Below are positions 7,724 to 10,118 of a DNA stretch of 10,118 nt, piece after piece. The stretch comes from Azolla caroliniana. Lineage: Eukaryota > Plantae > Polypodiophyta. Where the stretch lies: assembly GCA_043228905.1 (NCBI GenBank), contig JBHGNT010001300.1, positions 1-10,118 of the forward strand. The letters are read 5' to 3'. Both the position numbers and the translations under genes were made by a program. The notes below the pieces were generated by a model. That model had not been told where the DNA came from. It searched no databases and saw nothing but the letters and a program-made list of their open reading frames with translations. How positions within the stretch are numbered: position 1 is the stretch's first letter; every line of letters begins with the position of its first letter.

Positions 7724-8657
7724 CTTAAATAATATATAATTCTATCTCTATAAATTCTTAGCCTGTCTCTTCTCTCTTACTTTTTGCATGGGCTTCTATG
7801 CATCCTTTCCACTCTTTCTTTTCCCTTTTATTTTGCATATGCACAACTAATCGTTTTTGTGTGCACACACATTGCACATGCACATTTTTTACCCCCCCCC
7901 TTTCGCCGGTTTTTCCCACTCTCGAGCATGCCACATCACGACAACGGTTTGGATTTTTTAAATGGTTCAGTTTAAGTTTCAAAAATTTTAAACAGTTTGG
8001 TTTTTACACTCTCGAATCAAACCGAACCATTGTTGATTGTTGCTAGCAATCAACAACATTTCGGCTTGAGAGTGTCAAACTCAAACCCTTAAAACCGAAT
8101 TGTTTAAACAATTTGAAACTTAAACTGAATTGAATTGAACCAGGGAATCATTTAAACCGAACATTTACAAAAAATCAAGGTCAAACCAAATGGTTTTAGA
8201 GACTTTCAAACCGTTAAACCGTTAAAACCATGGTTTCATGGTTTGGTTTTGGTTTACAAGTTAGGCCAAATTTCAAAATTTCCCTTTTTAATTTAAAACA
8301 TATGCTTAAAATATTTAAGAAAATTATCGAGTGTCAATCTTAAACCGTAAAACCATTATGAATTGTAGTTTCAAACCGTTTTAACCAAAAAACGTTAATC
8401 TCATAAAGGCTTGAACCGAAATTGAATTGTATACAAAAACTGGAATATGAACGATCTGAACTGAACTATTTAAACCGTCAAGCTATAATTTCCTGGTTCA
8501 AACCGAACCATTGCCAATTGTTATGTGCAACCCTTGTGTTCAGCAACCCTATGCTAAATGTGTTTAGGTTTATGGTATTGAGTGTTCCTAGGTACATTTG
8601 TTTCCTCGTGTGCAATAAATTAATGTCATGGACAACCCAAACCTTCCCCACACATTT

Positions 8658-8880
8658 GGTTTGTTTTAATGGGAATAAACACTGATTCACCCACCAAGTT
8701 CCAACTCTACGGTAGAGTGACACCAATGTTCCTGCTTGCAAATAAACTCACACTAACAAGAATGATGTGTTTTTAGGGGTTTTTGGATAGGTTTGTTTTA
8801 ATGGGAATAAACACCCCCACTCATGCTTGCAAATCAAATCACACTAACAAGAATGATGTGTTTTAATGGGTTTTTTGATA
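8658..8880. repeat. Tandem duplication, two copies (132 bp and 91 bp) differing by an internal indel
   Basis: ggtttgttttaatgggaataaacac at 8658 and 8790; tgcttgcaaat...tcacactaacaagaatgatgtgtttt is present in both copies. Confidence 0.9.
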
Positions 8881-9327
8881 CATGGTTCTCATCCTCTTTT
8901 CAATTGAAGCACATAAGCTCATTTTGTGATATAAACCTATTTAGCCAGAGAACCAATTGATGTCATTATTTAATTATCACTCTTAGTTTCGACAAAATTC
9001 AAGGGAGATGGCGGGGTCTAGGAGGGAGTGTAGGGTTGATTTTGTTGTTCTTATTTGTGAAGATAGTACTAATGATCACATATTGGGGAAGAAACCTCAT
9101 CAACCTTATTTGTGCCATCATCGACGGTTGATTATATTCGATGTATTTGCTCACGAAAGCACATAAACCAATGTTGATCCTACGAATTTAGTAACAACAC
9201 ATTTATGTGATATAAATAAGAAAACTTGGATAGAGATCATTATAACCCTACGAATTTTAATTTAGTTTTAATTTAATTTAGATATAAAATTTTAATTCAT
9301 CTTAATTTATATGAATCCAAGTTTTAC

Positions 9328-9398
9328 GAATTATATATACATCACACTTCCTAGATGCCTTGTGAATTATATATACATCACACTCTCCCTCGATTCCT
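9328..9398. repeat. 36-bp tandem duplication
   Basis: gaattatatatacatcacact at 9328 and 9364. Confidence 0.9.
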
Positions 9399-10118
9399 CC
9401 TATGCAATGAAGTTTGTTACTATGTATGTCTTTGTTCACTTATTAAACCCGATATATGCATCGTATATATTGAGCACAATACTTACTTGGGTTTTATTTA
9501 TGTAATATGAGGGATTAGAGTTAGTTGTGACCACTCGATTTGAAAATTAATCATTAAACCCAAATATGCACCACCATACATTGAATGTGGTCAATATTTA
9601 CAAAAAAGACACATATATAGTACACCCTTAGGTTATTGCTTCATTATCTGTATGGAACCTATTGATAGAAAATTGTTCAACAAATTAAAACAAAAGCAAT
9701 CATGCAATATATCCCCACACATGGAAAAGATGGTTAGGTTAAGCTCCATCTTGCTAGACATACATGCACAAGCATAGAAATAAATAAAAAACGAGTGCTT
9801 CAGCTATTTCAAAGAAAAGTTCGTAATGAGCAGTCAATGTCACTGACATGAAGACTCCAACTTTTCTAGAACTTTCTTTTCCTCCTCAAAGCCTTTACTT
9901 ATATCTAAAAAGATTGGTGTGAGGATATTTTTATGGGTAAAAAAAAAAGAAAAAAAAAATGGTGTCAAACACTTTCCTAGAAGAACATACCTCACAAGAT
10001 ACTCTCTGCTTGTGTTGTGATGACAAACGCTTTAACCACGCGTGAGGGGACATTAGAATGATAAGTTGCAACTTGCTCCATAACATTTGTACAATCTAAT
10101 CTTAGAAATTGCCACATG

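Larger units (their letters stand above)
6071..7943 (-). mobile_element. Solo LTR (1873 bp) of an LTR retrotransposon, probably Ty3/gypsy
   Basis: TG...CA ends with 8-bp terminal inverted repeats TGTCGCGA / TCACGACA. Flanks are ACGA (6067-6070) and ACGG (7944-7947), a 4-bp TSD with one transition. Removing the insert restores ggtttttaacggtttgg, colinear with MITE copy A. GC content is higher than the flanks; no gag/pol, PBS, PPT or second LTR is visible. Orientation is inferred from the TATA-like motif; lineage is tentative. Confidence 0.8.
5866..8042 (-). mobile_element. Inner non-autonomous hAT-type element (MITE copy B; ~300-bp body split into 5866-6070 and 7944-8042), inverted relative to A and C
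   Basis: Perfect 8-bp TSD CTAGCAAT at 5858-5865 and 8043-8050. TIRs TAACAGTCAGCAACAGTTTGGTTTGGTT vs reverse complement CAACAATCAACAATGGTTCGGTTTGATT (21/28; all differences are transitions). Confidence 0.9.
5859..8523 (+). mobile_element. Outer non-autonomous hAT-type element (MITE copy C; 480-bp body at 8044-8523) with nested insertions
   Basis: Perfect 8-bp TSD TGTGCAAC at 5851-5858 and 8524-8531. TIRs: TAGCAATCAACAACATTTCGGCTTGA (from 8044; its first 7 bp are also at 5859-5865) and reverse complement TAACAATTGGCAATGGTTCGGTTTGA (ends 8523), 18/26 identical. An 8-bp TSD with short TIRs is characteristic of hAT elements. No transposase. Confidence 0.88.

Noticed and set aside
8770-8790. Telomere-like TTTAGGG
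   Set aside because: A single copy within an AT-rich duplication; no array.
9939-9959. Poly(A) tail of a retroposed element
   Set aside because: No recognisable SINE/LINE body or TSD next to it.

Overview
Land-plant nuclear genomic DNA (AT-rich, spliceosomal intron signals, methylation-type C>T/G>A decay); no prokaryotic operon or CRISPR array is present. From left to right: (1) the 3' end of a + strand gene encoding a Ser/Asp/Glu/Lys/Arg low-complexity tail (2-649); (2) decayed PPR-like remnants (~1380-1790); (3) an intron-retaining pseudogene of a DEAH-box RNA helicase (RID1/DEAH10, DHX33 type) on the - strand, seen as fragments at ~5080-4970, 3515-3379 and 3218-3026, with a frameshift, two premature stops and a deleted P-loop; (4) a three-layer transposon nest at 5851-8531. 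In the nest, a hAT-type MITE (8-bp TSD TGTGCAAC) has a second, inverted copy of the same family inserted into its own terminal repeat (8-bp TSD CTAGCAAT), and that copy contains a 1873-bp TG..CA solo LTR (4-bp TSD). The LTR carries seven tandem ~105-bp self-complementary units and a tRNA-like Pol III B-box segment. A third, truncated MITE copy lies just upstream (5265-~5692). The rest is intergenic DNA with short local duplications. Family assignments come from recalled motifs, not database searches.
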